A DNA stretch of 64,000 nucleotides, taken from the NCBI GenBank assembly GCA_018817085.1, contig JAHIUT010000038.1, forward strand, positions 9,441-73,440. The letters are read 5' to 3'. This document shows, piece after piece, positions 30,257 through 40,350 of the stretch (position 1 is its first letter; every line of letters starts with the position of its first letter). The position numbers were made by a program, and so were the translations under genes. Source of the DNA: Patescibacteria group bacterium. Its GTDB lineage: Bacteria > Patescibacteriota > WWE3 > CG2-30-40-12. The notes beneath the pieces are model-generated. The model saw only the letters and a program-made list of their open reading frames with translations, was not told the DNA's origin and ran no database searches.

Positions 30257-31354
30257 TTAATCTTTAACGACAAAAATTACATCGGAAAGAGCGGTGTATC
30301 TTTTTCCGTCTATCCAGTCAAATTCTATTTTTAACTTCTCGGCTTCCTTGCCGTTGAATCTATCAAGATATCCGCTGATAGTATTTTTTAATATATCCAG
30401 ATTTCTTTTCATTTTCCAGCTTTCCTCAAGATTATTCTTATCAATAAGCACCAAGAACAAGCGATTTGCCGCGTCAAAACGTCGTTCTCCCTGCTTCTCA
30501 TAAAGCCACTTTATGAGTTTCTGCGGTTCTTTGATAACTCTTTGAATCATTGACCACCTCGTTTTCCTAAATTCCGCAATGAAGTTTTTCACTTCTGGTT
30601 TTTGACTCTCTTCAACTCGTGCCAGTAATTCCGCAAACAGGGCTTTGTTTTTCTGTTCTCGGTTATATTTAATGCCGAGCGTTTTTACAAAGCGTTTCAA
30701 AACCTGTAATTCGGTGGGTAAGCCGTCCGCTTTCCTACTTGCCGTCATAAACCCGTCGGGGAAATAGGTAACCTTCAAATCAAATGGAATATCGCCAATG
30801 AAAAAATCAACTTTTTTGATCAGCCCTACTGTTGGAGTAACTTTTTTATGATCCTTGAAAATGTCTTCAATCAAAATTGAAGTCCAGTGGTTGTACCAAG
30901 ACGATTGGACATAACCGCGCATGCTGTCGTGTATTTCATTCTCGATCTTTTCATTGAGCATATCAAAGCTACGAATTTTCTTGATATAGTTGTCAACTAT
31001 AGTTCTTTCGAGGTTGTTTTGATACAAGCCGCCCCAATCAAAAACTTTCATTTTGTAAAGCTCGGAAACAAGAGCGGTTTCATTCGCCTTTCTCCCCGAT
31101 CTTTCGGCGAGGTGCTTTTGAGCTATAAATTTATCGAGTAGCTCCTCTGATGGTTTTGCTTCGTAAACATGCTCAAAAAGTGCTGTGCCTCTAACATTTG
31201 AACAGTCAATTTTCGCGAGCATGCGAAATTCAACCAAAAGATCTTTCCTTGAAATTGAGCGAAGTTTGAGCCAATAAATACTGCCCTCTTCTTTTAGAAG
31301 AACATCAAATTTATTATCCTGATAAAGTTGTTTGAAATGTTTAAATTTATTCAT
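30257..31354 (-). CDS. Putative restriction endonuclease
   Basis: KVDFFIGDIPFDLK (D-X8-D-X-K); start ATG 31354 overlaps the MTase stop. Confidence 0.65.
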   Translation of the reverse strand: MNKFKHFKQLYQDNKFDVLLKEEGSIYWLKLRSISRKDLLVEFRMLAKIDCSNVRGTALFEHVYEAKPSEELLDKFIAQKHLAERSGRKANETALVSELYKMKVFDWGGLYQNNLERTIVDNYIKKIRSFDMLNEKIENEIHDSMRGYVQSSWYNHWTSILIEDIFKDHKKVTPTVGLIKKVDFFIGDIPFDLKVTYFPDGFMTASRKADGLPTELQVLKRFVKTLGIKYNREQKNKALFAELLARVEESQKPEVKNFIAEFRKTRWSMIQRVIKEPQKLIKWLYEKQGERRFDAANRLFLVLIDKNNLEESWKMKRNLDILKNTISGYLDRFNGKEAEKLKIEFDWIDGKRYTALSDVIFVVKD

Positions 31355-32417
31355 AGCAATAAAATAAATATTCTTTTGTTCCTTTTTTTGAGCCCTTACC
31401 ACCATAATGATTTTGATATTCGTGCTCAAAAACTTTTACCTTTTTGTGCTGACTAATCAAATCAACAATAGTCTCTTTTCCGGGATAGCTTTCGCTGTTG
31501 TAAGAAATAAGCCAAAAAGGAATATGTGCGCTTACGGAAAAAAGTTTTTTGAAAGAATCGATAGTTTCTTCTTTGCGTACAAAACCGCTTTCTTTTTTAG
31601 GAAAATACTGTTTTGTTCCATTGATAAATTCCTTGTCTTTCCAATATTCCACAAAGGTTTCTAGAAAATGATAAAAGGCCTGATAATCTGGGTGGCAACC
31701 GTAATAAGGCGGGTCAAAATAAACCAAATCGATATTTTTCAGTTTTGGGATTAGTTGGATTGTATCTTCGCAGTAAACTTCGTTGTCTTTTTCGTTATCA
31801 AAAACTGCATTATTATATTCCGGAACCAATTCGAGAAATAAATCTTTAAGAGGGCGGGCTATAGTAGGATTCCTTTTCACTCGTAGCGGGTCTTTGCTGT
31901 AACGCAAAGCACTTAAATGAGCAAAGTGTCCGAGTAAAATTTTTCTGGTTAAAGACCTGCTCATTGTCGCGAGAGCAAGTGATTTTTTATACTCGTTATC
32001 AAGCAAATTGATATTTGATCTGAAATTATCAAGAAAACGAGCTTGATCTCGTTCAAAGAAAACATCAGTAAAAGTATCTTCGATAAGAGAGTCTGACTTT
32101 TTATTTTGTGAAAAGAGCAAGTCAATATCGTTGTCGTTAAGAGTAATGTCCTTATTTTCAATGAGTGCCTTGCCAATATGAAAATTGAATTTTAAGAAAT
32201 CATTTACAATAACTTTTTTACCTTTGTTCTTAAAATAGTAACCAACAACCGAAGTGCCGCTGAATGCATCCAAAAAACTCTCTATTTCTTTTGGGGCATT
32301 TTCAAAAATCCATCTTACTAAACGCTCTTTACTGCCAAGATATTGTGTCTTCGGCAATTTGTGCGATTTAATCGTTTCCCCGAATAATGTTGTTTGTGCT
32401 TGTTGTGATAAAAGCAT
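31347..32417 (-). CDS. DNA adenine methyltransferase (D12/alpha class)
   Basis: QYLGSK, DAFSGT, YFDPPY, ISYN. Confidence 0.92.
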   Translation of the reverse strand: MLLSQQAQTTLFGETIKSHKLPKTQYLGSKERLVRWIFENAPKEIESFLDAFSGTSVVGYYFKNKGKKVIVNDFLKFNFHIGKALIENKDITLNDNDIDLLFSQNKKSDSLIEDTFTDVFFERDQARFLDNFRSNINLLDNEYKKSLALATMSRSLTRKILLGHFAHLSALRYSKDPLRVKRNPTIARPLKDLFLELVPEYNNAVFDNEKDNEVYCEDTIQLIPKLKNIDLVYFDPPYYGCHPDYQAFYHFLETFVEYWKDKEFINGTKQYFPKKESGFVRKEETIDSFKKLFSVSAHIPFWLISYNSESYPGKETIVDLISQHKKVKVFEHEYQNHYGGKGSKKGTKEYLFYCYE

Positions 32418-32486
32418 TACTGATAGTATACCATTTTTTAATTTTCCCCTAATTCTGAACGGTCCTCCTACGCTCGTTAAAACTTC

Positions 32487-32514
32487 TTGCCCTTCGATTC
32501 TGGCTCGCCTTCGC
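32487..32514. repeat. 28-bp direct repeat, copy 2
   Basis: Identical to 29050-29077; about 60 bp from the tRNA-Pro 3' end. Confidence 0.9.
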
Positions 32515-32576
32515 TCGCCATTCTCTCAGGACATAAGAATTTCTAACCCTTCGTTCCTCAGGGAGAAATTCTAATG

Positions 32577-32648
32577 TCGGGGACCGCGGAGTTGAACCGC
32601 GAATTTCTGCGTCCCGAACGCAGCGCCATGCCATTAGACCAGTCCCCG
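32577..32648 (-). tRNA. tRNA-Pro(CGG)
   Basis: CGGGGAC acceptor stem, anticodon arm CTGCG-TTCGGGA-CGCAG, GGTTCAACTCC T-loop; CCA not encoded. Confidence 0.93.
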
Positions 32649-32692
32649 TGTGTTTAATTATATCACCTCTAAATAGGTGATATACTCACTCT

Positions 32693-34615
32693 ATGGATAA
32701 TATCCTAAACTCTCTTAACGAGGAACAAAAGAAGGCAGTGATGTATTTTAACGGCCCCGCCCTCATTGTGGCGGGACCGGGAAGCGGCAAAACTAGAGTT
32801 TTAACTCATAAAATAGCGTATCTTATAAATACTCTTAATATTCCGTCTTACAATATCTTGGGCATTACTTTTACCAATAAAGCGGCAAACGAAATTAAAG
32901 AAAGAACTTTTAACCTTGTAAATGGAGGCATTAAAATCCCGTGGCTGGGTACTTTTCATAGCGTTTGCTCGCGCATTTTGCGAAGAGACGGTCAATTTGT
33001 GGGTCTTTCCCCCAATTATGTTATATATGATTCTTCTGACCAAAAATCTTTAGTTTGGGGTTTAATAAAAAAGCTTAGCCCTCCTAAAAAAATAAGCCCC
33101 GACGCGGTGGCGGGGGCTATTTCAAGCGCAAAAAGCGAGCTGGTTTCTTTTTTGGATTACGAAAAACTCGCTTACGGTTTTTTTCAAGAACAAGTTGCCA
33201 AAATTTACCCCCAATATCAAAAAAAACTTGAAGAAAACAACGCCGTGGATTTTGACGATTTAATAGCAAAAACAGTAGAACTTTTTAGAAAATACCCCGA
33301 TATATTAAACAAATACTCCGAGATTTTTAAATATATTTTAATTGACGAGTATCAAGATACTAATCATTCCCAGTATGTTTTTTCAAAGTTATTGGCAAAA
33401 AAGCATAACCAGCTTTATGTGGTGGGGGATATGAGCCAATCCATTTACTCTTTTAGGGGAGCGGATTTTAGAAACATTTTAAATTTTAAAAAAGATTATC
33501 CACACGCTAGAATTTTTAATCTTGCCCAAAACTATAGAAGCACTAAAGTAATTTTGGAGGCGGCTACAAATTTAATTAAAAACAATAACACCCATATCCC
33601 TTTAGAACTTTGGACTAGAAATTCTACCGGGGATTTAATTTCTTTATACGAAGCAAACGATGAAAAAGAAGAAATTTTGTATGTTGGTCTTAATATTTTA
33701 GAAAAGACCACAAAAAATCTTTTTTCTTTTAAAGATTTTGCTGTTTTGTACAGAACTAACGCTCAATCAAGAGTAGTGGAGGAACAATTTATAAAGCTAG
33801 GTATTCCTTACCGACTTGTTGGGGGAGTTCGCTTTTATGATAGGAAAGAAATTAAAGACGCCCTTTCCTTTTTAAGAGTCTTGCATAATCCAAAAGACAC
33901 AGTTTCGTGGGAGAGGATAATAAATGTTCCCCCAAGAGGTATTGGAAAAAAGGCGTTAGAAGGGTTTAAAAAGGTTAATTGGGATTTGGATTTCATCCAA
34001 AATAAATCCAAGCTACCCATTTTTGAACTTATGACAGCAAAAGATACCCTTTCGGTGGTTGAACTTTTAGATACGGTTTTGCAAAAAACGGGTTACATAG
34101 AATATCTTAAAGACGGTTCCGAAGAAAACCTCGCGCGGTTGGAAAACTTGGAAGAATTAAAGTCGGTAGCTGGGCAGTTTTTAACTTTGGGAGATTTTTT
34201 GGAAAATGTTTCTTTGGTGGAATCTTTAGATGCTATTTCTAAAGACGCGGATGCCGTAACTTTAATGACCCTCCATAGCGCCAAAGGTTTGGAGTTTAGG
34301 GAGGTGTTTATTGTGGGTATGGAGGAAGGGCTTTTTCCTCATTCCCGAAGCCTTTTTAGCAAAGAAGAGTTGGAGGAGGAACGGAGACTTTGTTATGTGG
34401 GAGTAACAAGAGCAAAAGAGAAATTGCATTTAACTTATACTAGACGGAGGTTATACCTCGGTTCATCGGGCAGTAGCGTGGTATCCAGATTTGTATCAGA
34501 AATCCCGCAGGAATTACTGCTTTACAATACCAGAAGCGGGATGCAAACTATTCACACCCCCCATGGGTTAGAAAAATATCTAGACGATTTAGATGATGAA
34601 CGATTATTTAACTAA
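32693..34615 (+). CDS. uvrD: ATP-dependent DNA helicase UvrD/PcrA
   Basis: AGPGSGKT, TFTNKAA, DEYQDTN, QSIYSFRGA, TLHSAKGLEF, EERRLCYVGVTRA. Confidence 0.96.
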   Translation: MDNILNSLNEEQKKAVMYFNGPALIVAGPGSGKTRVLTHKIAYLINTLNIPSYNILGITFTNKAANEIKERTFNLVNGGIKIPWLGTFHSVCSRILRRDGQFVGLSPNYVIYDSSDQKSLVWGLIKKLSPPKKISPDAVAGAISSAKSELVSFLDYEKLAYGFFQEQVAKIYPQYQKKLEENNAVDFDDLIAKTVELFRKYPDILNKYSEIFKYILIDEYQDTNHSQYVFSKLLAKKHNQLYVVGDMSQSIYSFRGADFRNILNFKKDYPHARIFNLAQNYRSTKVILEAATNLIKNNNTHIPLELWTRNSTGDLISLYEANDEKEEILYVGLNILEKTTKNLFSFKDFAVLYRTNAQSRVVEEQFIKLGIPYRLVGGVRFYDRKEIKDALSFLRVLHNPKDTVSWERIINVPPRGIGKKALEGFKKVNWDLDFIQNKSKLPIFELMTAKDTLSVVELLDTVLQKTGYIEYLKDGSEENLARLENLEELKSVAGQFLTLGDFLENVSLVESLDAISKDADAVTLMTLHSAKGLEFREVFIVGMEEGLFPHSRSLFSKEELEEERRLCYVGVTRAKEKLHLTYTRRRLYLGSSGSSVVSRFVSEIPQELLLYNTRSGMQTIHTPHGLEKYLDDLDDERLFN

Positions 34616-34677
34616 GGTCTCTCCTTTTTTAAGGAGAGACCTTACGGAAGGAGACTCCTTGTACAAGGAGTCTCCTT
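34613..34677. repeat. Two adjacent REP-like doubled 13-bp palindromes
   Basis: AAGGTCTCTCCTT-TTTT-AAGGAGAGACCTT and AAGGAGACTCCTT-GTAC-AAGGAGTCTCCTT. Confidence 0.75.
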
Positions 34678-34684
34678 AGATACT

Positions 34685-35467
34685 ATGAGGGAAATAGCGC
34701 GACTTACAATTTTTATTTTGTCTTTACTTTTTGTGTATAAAGTAACTGTTGCGTGGGCGGGGCAATCGCATGTTTTAGGAGCGACCGCTTCCAATTATAA
34801 TAATTTGCCTATTAGGCAATATTCTCACTCTGTAATATCTACGATAACTTCCTTTGAGGAAAAAGAGGAAGTGGTGGAAGAACCCATTCCCTACGAAACA
34901 ATTTATGTAAAAGATGAAAGTATTGAGATTGGCGAAGAAACTGTAACAGAAAAGGGCGCGGAAGGAAATCTTGTTAAGACATACAAAGTTACCTATTGGT
35001 ATGGCGAGGAAACTAAGAGGGAATTGTTAGACACCAAACGGGAGTTACCTAAAAACGAGGTTATAACTATTGGAACCAAAATTGTATGGAGAAAAATAAA
35101 TTCTCTGGGAGAAAAGAATGTGGAGGATAACGAAATTTCGTACTGGCGGAAAATCTCTAATGTATGGGCAACTAGTTATGATAAAAGTTGTTACGGGTGC
35201 AATGAATACACGGCGTTAGGAGCAAAACTTGATTATGGGGTTTGCGCGGTGGACCCTCAAACTATCAAACTTTACACCACTATATATGTCCCGGGTTATG
35301 GTATTTGCCAAGCTTTAGATGTGGGGGGCGCTATAAAGGGGGCAAAAATAGATGTGGGGTTTTACGATTTACATGCGCAATCCGCTGAAGTAGGTTGGAG
35401 GGGTTCTCACTTTACCGCTATTTACCTTTTGGATAACGAGGATGCCAATCTTACACTTCTACGGTAA
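34685..35467 (+). CDS. G5 plus 3D domain cell-wall protein
   Basis: Signal/TM, G5 (IPYET...GAEG...IGTK), 3D (ATSY, AVDP, ALDVGGAIKGAKIDV). Confidence 0.88.
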   Translation: MREIARLTIFILSLLFVYKVTVAWAGQSHVLGATASNYNNLPIRQYSHSVISTITSFEEKEEVVEEPIPYETIYVKDESIEIGEETVTEKGAEGNLVKTYKVTYWYGEETKRELLDTKRELPKNEVITIGTKIVWRKINSLGEKNVEDNEISYWRKISNVWATSYDKSCYGCNEYTALGAKLDYGVCAVDPQTIKLYTTIYVPGYGICQALDVGGAIKGAKIDVGFYDLHAQSAEVGWRGSHFTAIYLLDNEDANLTLLR

Positions 35468-37100
35468 TAGCAAGAACAATGGGGTTCCGTTCGGTTTCTT
35501 TGTATATAAATTTGGCAATATCCCTCTCAATATCCGCTTTTATTTTCGTAATGTCTTTTGGATTGTTATTAGCCCTTAGTTTTGCTTTAACTTTGTTTTC
35601 TATTTCACTTATTAATTGTTTTGCTTCTTTAACATATACAAATCCTCTTGAAGCTATGGCTATTCTGTCTCCAAACGAATTCTTGTCCCTTTTGTAAGGG
35701 ATTGCTATAACCAACATGCCGCTATCGGCAAGTTCTTTCCTGTCTCTCAAAACTATGGAACCCACATCGCCTATTCCGCTTCCGTCCACATAAACATTGC
35801 CCACATGGACTTTTTCTCCGCGATACACTTTTTTATTGTCCAAAACTATACTTTCCCCATCCAAGAGTTCAAATATGTTTTCTTTTTTAAAGCCCATATC
35901 CACCATTAGATTTACATACGCTCGCATAAATTTAACCGACCCCCCAATAGGAACAAAGAAATTGGGATGCGCCAAAGCGGCTAGCATAGAAATATCTCCT
36001 CTAGAACCATGCCCAGATACATGAAGGTTGTCTTGTATTTCTGAATATAAAACCTCGGCTCCAAGAAGAGTGAGTTTGTCTATTACAAAATTAACTAGCT
36101 CCAAAACTCCGGGAGGGTTGGGGTCGGCGGAGAAAATAACAGTAGCGTCCTTTTTTATTTGGATATATTTATGTTTGTCCATTGCTATGCGATACAAAGC
36201 GGAATTCGTCTGACCATAAGAACCTGCCACTATGTGAGTTAATTTATTAGGCGCAAACCTTTGAGACTCGTGTTCTTTAACAAAAGCTTCTTTTGGGAAA
36301 TTTAAGTACCCAAGCCGCACCGCTATTTCTAGGTTTTGTTCAATAGACCTTCCGCTTATAACAATTTTTCTGTCAAATTTAAGGCTTGAGTTTATAGCTT
36401 GTTGGATTCTTGAAATGTTGGAGGACATAGTGGTTATGAGAACTTGCCCTCTTGCTTTTGAGATAAGGTCATCAAAGGTATGTTCTATGTATCGTTCTGA
36501 TTCGGTGTACCCTTTTGAAGTGGAACCTAACGAGTCGGACATTAATACATCCACGCCTTTATCCGCAATTTGGGTAAGTCCCGATACATCAAAAGGAGGG
36601 TCCATTACCGGTGTCCAGTCAAATTTAAAGTCCGACACATGCAAAACAACCCCGTCCGTTGTTTCAATGGCAAAAGCAACGCTATCGGGAACAGAGTGAT
36701 TTACGGCTATAGGCGTGATTTTGAAGGGTCCTATATTTAGAGGAGTTTTTTTATCTATAGTTATTAGTTTTGCGTCTTTTATGCCATAGTCGTTAAGTTT
36801 GTTTTGAATAAAGCCGATAACAAGCTTTGTGGCGTAAACAGGAATGTTAAACTCGTTAAGTAAAAAGGGAACTGCCCCAAAATGGTCTTCGTGGCCATGC
36901 GTTACAAGAAGAGCCTTTACCTTATGTTTGTTTTTAAGGATATATGAAAAATCGGGTATAACCAAATCTACCCCATAATCAGATGAGTCGGGGAATCCTA
37001 TTCCACAGTCCACAATAATTATGTCCTCGTTATACTCGTACACATAAATATTTTTTGTTACATTAGTTGTTCCCCCAAGAGGGATTATTTTTAAAGGCAT
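35451..37100 (-). CDS. rnj: Ribonuclease J
   Basis: PLGG, THGHEDHFG, HSVPD, DFKFD, HVSGH. Confidence 0.95.
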   Translation of the reverse strand: MPLKIIPLGGTTNVTKNIYVYEYNEDIIIVDCGIGFPDSSDYGVDLVIPDFSYILKNKHKVKALLVTHGHEDHFGAVPFLLNEFNIPVYATKLVIGFIQNKLNDYGIKDAKLITIDKKTPLNIGPFKITPIAVNHSVPDSVAFAIETTDGVVLHVSDFKFDWTPVMDPPFDVSGLTQIADKGVDVLMSDSLGSTSKGYTESERYIEHTFDDLISKARGQVLITTMSSNISRIQQAINSSLKFDRKIVISGRSIEQNLEIAVRLGYLNFPKEAFVKEHESQRFAPNKLTHIVAGSYGQTNSALYRIAMDKHKYIQIKKDATVIFSADPNPPGVLELVNFVIDKLTLLGAEVLYSEIQDNLHVSGHGSRGDISMLAALAHPNFFVPIGGSVKFMRAYVNLMVDMGFKKENIFELLDGESIVLDNKKVYRGEKVHVGNVYVDGSGIGDVGSIVLRDRKELADSGMLVIAIPYKRDKNSFGDRIAIASRGFVYVKEAKQLISEIENKVKAKLRANNNPKDITKIKADIERDIAKFIYKETERNPIVLAITVEV

Positions 37101-37102
37101 TA

Positions 37103-37726
37103 TTATATAAAACTCATTTGCTCCTCGTCCTTCTCTTCTTGTCCTTTTTTATCAAGAGATACTGCGGATAACTCTCCTTTCAAAACTTTTGGCAGTTTTT
37201 TAAAATCCTCGCTTAAGATGCGGGCGATATTTGAATTTCTTAAAGCCGCCGCAGGATGATACAACGGAAAGAAAACGCGCCCCTTGTAAGAAATCGGTTT
37301 TCCATGATACTCGCTTATTTTAGCTGATTTTACAAAATATTCCAAGGAGATTCTCCCTAAAGTTACTATAATCTTTGGTTTTATAACTTTTAATTGTTCT
37401 TCAAGAAAGGAGGAGCATTGCCTAACCTCGTCTTTCATAGGGTCTCGGTTTTCGGGGGGTCGATGTTTTATAATATTTCCTATCCACACGGATTCTCTGT
37501 TAACTTTTATGGAGTTAAGCATGGAATCTAGCAATTTACCGGCTCTTCCCACAAAAGGCAGACCTTGCTGGTCTTCGTTGTAACCGGGGGCTTCCCCCAC
37601 AAACGCAATTTCGGCGTTGGGATTTCCGTGTCCGGGAACGGCTTTGGTGGCGTTTTTATACAAGCGGCATTTTTTGCAAGCTTCAACGGCTTTTTCTAGT
37701 TTGGACAAAAGTTCTTCATCAGTCAT
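37103..37726 (-). CDS. Uracil-DNA glycosylase family 4
   Basis: CKKC, GEAPG, PFVGRAG, RPPENRDP, YHPAA. Confidence 0.93.
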   Translation of the reverse strand: MTDEELLSKLEKAVEACKKCRLYKNATKAVPGHGNPNAEIAFVGEAPGYNEDQQGLPFVGRAGKLLDSMLNSIKVNRESVWIGNIIKHRPPENRDPMKDEVRQCSSFLEEQLKVIKPKIIVTLGRISLEYFVKSAKISEYHGKPISYKGRVFFPLYHPAAALRNSNIARILSEDFKKLPKVLKGELSAVSLDKKGQEEKDEEQMSFI

Positions 37727-37825
37727 TTTAATTATTATACACCAAAATTATTTCTGTACTACCTGCAAACATATCCCTAATTAATCGCTGGCAAAGAGGG
37801 CGGTTTTCTGCTATACAATAAAGAT

Positions 37826-40288
37826 ATGAAAACCGAAATGGAAACGCCAATGATGAAACAATACCTTTCCATAAAAAAGGGGTACAAAGACGCTATTCTC
37901 TTTTTTAGGTTGGGCGATTTTTACGAAATGTTTATGGATGACGCCAAAACCGCTTCCAAAGTTTTGGGTATTGTTTTAACAAGTAGAACTAGAGGCAAAA
38001 ACGGCAAAATTCCTATGTGCGGAGTGCCTTATCATTCTGCCGAAAGTTATATTGCCAAATTAACTCGCGCAGGATTAAAAGTTGCTATATGTGAACAAGT
38101 GTCCTCTCCCGATTTGCCCGGAATTGTGGAAAGAGAAGTGGTAAGAATAATTACTCCCGGCACCACTACTGATGAAAATGCCTTAAACAAAAACGAAAAT
38201 AATTTTATAGCGGCGATATCCAAAACCGATAAAGGAAAAAAAGAAACATTTGCCCTCTCTTACTGCGATATCTCCACTGGCGATTTTTACAGCGGAGAAA
38301 TTGATTTTAATATATCCGAAATTTTGGGAGTGATAGAACCTTCGGAAATAATTTTGCCTTCCTCTTTATATAACGACCCAGAATTTTTAAGCTTAATGAA
38401 AAATCTTTCAAACAGTATTTATCACTTCAACCGAGAATACAGCAACGGAAACAGTCCTTTTATAAAAAACATTAAAAGCGCCCTCGCGCAAGAAAGCGCT
38501 CTTATCCTTATGGGGTATTTGGAAGAAACTCAAAAAATGGCGATAAAACACATTACCAAAGCGCTGGAAATTAAAAATCCTAAATACGCAAGAATTGATG
38601 CAAACGCAATAACCAATTTGGAAATATTTAAAACTTTTAAAGAGGGGGACACTAAAGGTTCGCTTATTTTTGCGCTTGATAAAACCAAAACTTCTATGGG
38701 CGCGCGCACTTTACGAAGGTTTGTACTAAACCCTCTCAAAGCGAAAAAGGATATTGATGAAAGGCTTGATAGTGTGACCGTGTTAGTCAAAGATTCGGCG
38801 ACCCAAGAAAAAATGGCGGGTGTTTTAACTCATATTTACGATATAGAAAGAATTTTTGCCAAAATATCTCTTGGCGCGGCAAACCCCAAAGATTTAATTT
38901 CTTTAAAATATTCCATAAAAGGCGCGCTTGCGATAAAAAATATCATTAGAAATTTTAATTCCGTTTTGTTAAAAGAAATAGACGGCAACATACAAGAAAA
39001 AATTTTAGAGGTGGTTTTGTTGACGGAAAAATTTTTGGTTAGCGAGCCACCTTTTTCGGCTAAAGAAGGGGGTCTTATTAATTTTGGAGTAAACAAAGAG
39101 CTGGACAATCTAAAAGATACAATAAAGGGCAGTACCGAGTTTTTGGCAAAAATGGAGTTTGACGAAAAATCAAAAACAGGAATTAATTCTCTAAAGGTTC
39201 GGTTTAACAAAGTTTATGGCTATTATATTGAAGTAAGCAAATCAAATTTGCATCTTGTTCCAAGCTACTATATAAGAAAACAAACTTTGGTTAACGCCGA
39301 AAGGTTTATAACCGAGGAACTTAAAAAACACGAGGAAATAGTTTTAAACGCCAAAGAATTAATAAATCAAAAAGAGTATGAGATATATCTAAAAATTATA
39401 TCGGAGATATTAAAATATAATAAGGAAATTAAAAATTCCGCCACTGCTATTGGGATTTTGGATGTTTTAATAAGTTTTGCCAAATTGTCCCAGGAAAAAA
39501 AGTATATAAGACCAGCGATTTTGCCTGCGGATAAACCGCATTTAATTAGCATAAAAGAGGGTAGACATCCGGTTATAGAGACTTTGCTTTCTGAAGGAGA
39601 ATTTATTCCAAATAGTGTTTTGTTAAGTAACAAGGAGCAAGTTCTAATAATAACAGGACCCAATATGAGCGGTAAAAGCACTTTTATTAGGCAAACGGCT
39701 CTTATTGTTTTAATGGCGCAAATGGGTTGTTTTGTTCCCGCGCGAGAAGCTGTAATATCTCCGGTGGATAGGATATTTACGCGGATTGGCGCCTCGGATA
39801 TTTTAAGTTTAGGTCTTTCCACTTTTATGGTTGAGATGCTAGAAACCGCCAATGTTTTAAACAACGCCACGGATAGAAGTTTGGTTATTTTAGACGAGGT
39901 TGGTCGCGGCACCAGCACTTATGATGGAGTTAGCATTGCTTGGGCGATAGTTGAGTATCTTGCCAAAAAAGTTAAGGCGAAAACTTTGTTTGCCACGCAT
40001 TACCACGAACTTCTAAAATTGTCCGAGCTATATGAGAATGTGGTTAATTTTCAAGTAGCGGTTGAGGAAGAGAAAAAAAATAACGGGGAAGAAAAAATAA
40101 CTTTTCTTTATAAAGTTATTGCGGGGGGAGCGTCCAAAAGTTATGGAATACATGTGGCTAAACTCGCGGGTCTTCCGGACTCGGTTGTTAAAAGAGCGTA
40201 TAGTGTTCTTAAACTTTTGGAACAGCGGAAAATAGAGAAACCTAAAGAAAGTTTAGCGAGTAATGACCAACTAACCATAGATTTGTAG
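37826..40288 (+). CDS. mutS: DNA mismatch repair protein MutS
   Basis: GDFYE, TGPNMSGKST, STFMVE, DEVGRGT, ATHYHEL, SYGIHVA. Confidence 0.97.
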   Translation: MKTEMETPMMKQYLSIKKGYKDAILFFRLGDFYEMFMDDAKTASKVLGIVLTSRTRGKNGKIPMCGVPYHSAESYIAKLTRAGLKVAICEQVSSPDLPGIVEREVVRIITPGTTTDENALNKNENNFIAAISKTDKGKKETFALSYCDISTGDFYSGEIDFNISEILGVIEPSEIILPSSLYNDPEFLSLMKNLSNSIYHFNREYSNGNSPFIKNIKSALAQESALILMGYLEETQKMAIKHITKALEIKNPKYARIDANAITNLEIFKTFKEGDTKGSLIFALDKTKTSMGARTLRRFVLNPLKAKKDIDERLDSVTVLVKDSATQEKMAGVLTHIYDIERIFAKISLGAANPKDLISLKYSIKGALAIKNIIRNFNSVLLKEIDGNIQEKILEVVLLTEKFLVSEPPFSAKEGGLINFGVNKELDNLKDTIKGSTEFLAKMEFDEKSKTGINSLKVRFNKVYGYYIEVSKSNLHLVPSYYIRKQTLVNAERFITEELKKHEEIVLNAKELINQKEYEIYLKIISEILKYNKEIKNSATAIGILDVLISFAKLSQEKKYIRPAILPADKPHLISIKEGRHPVIETLLSEGEFIPNSVLLSNKEQVLIITGPNMSGKSTFIRQTALIVLMAQMGCFVPAREAVISPVDRIFTRIGASDILSLGLSTFMVEMLETANVLNNATDRSLVILDEVGRGTSTYDGVSIAWAIVEYLAKKVKAKTLFATHYHELLKLSELYENVVNFQVAVEEEKKNNGEEKITFLYKVIAGGASKSYGIHVAKLAGLPDSVVKRAYSVLKLLEQRKIEKPKESLASNDQLTIDL

Positions 40289-40314
40289 TTAAGATTTACA
40301 ATTAAGAGTGCAAT

Positions 40315-40345
40315 TAGGGTTCAACCCTAATAGGGTTGAACCCTA
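40315..40345. repeat. REP-like doubled 13-bp palindrome
   Basis: TAGGGTTCAACCCTA-A-TAGGGTTGAACCCTA. Confidence 0.75.
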
Positions 40346-40350
40346 TTAAA

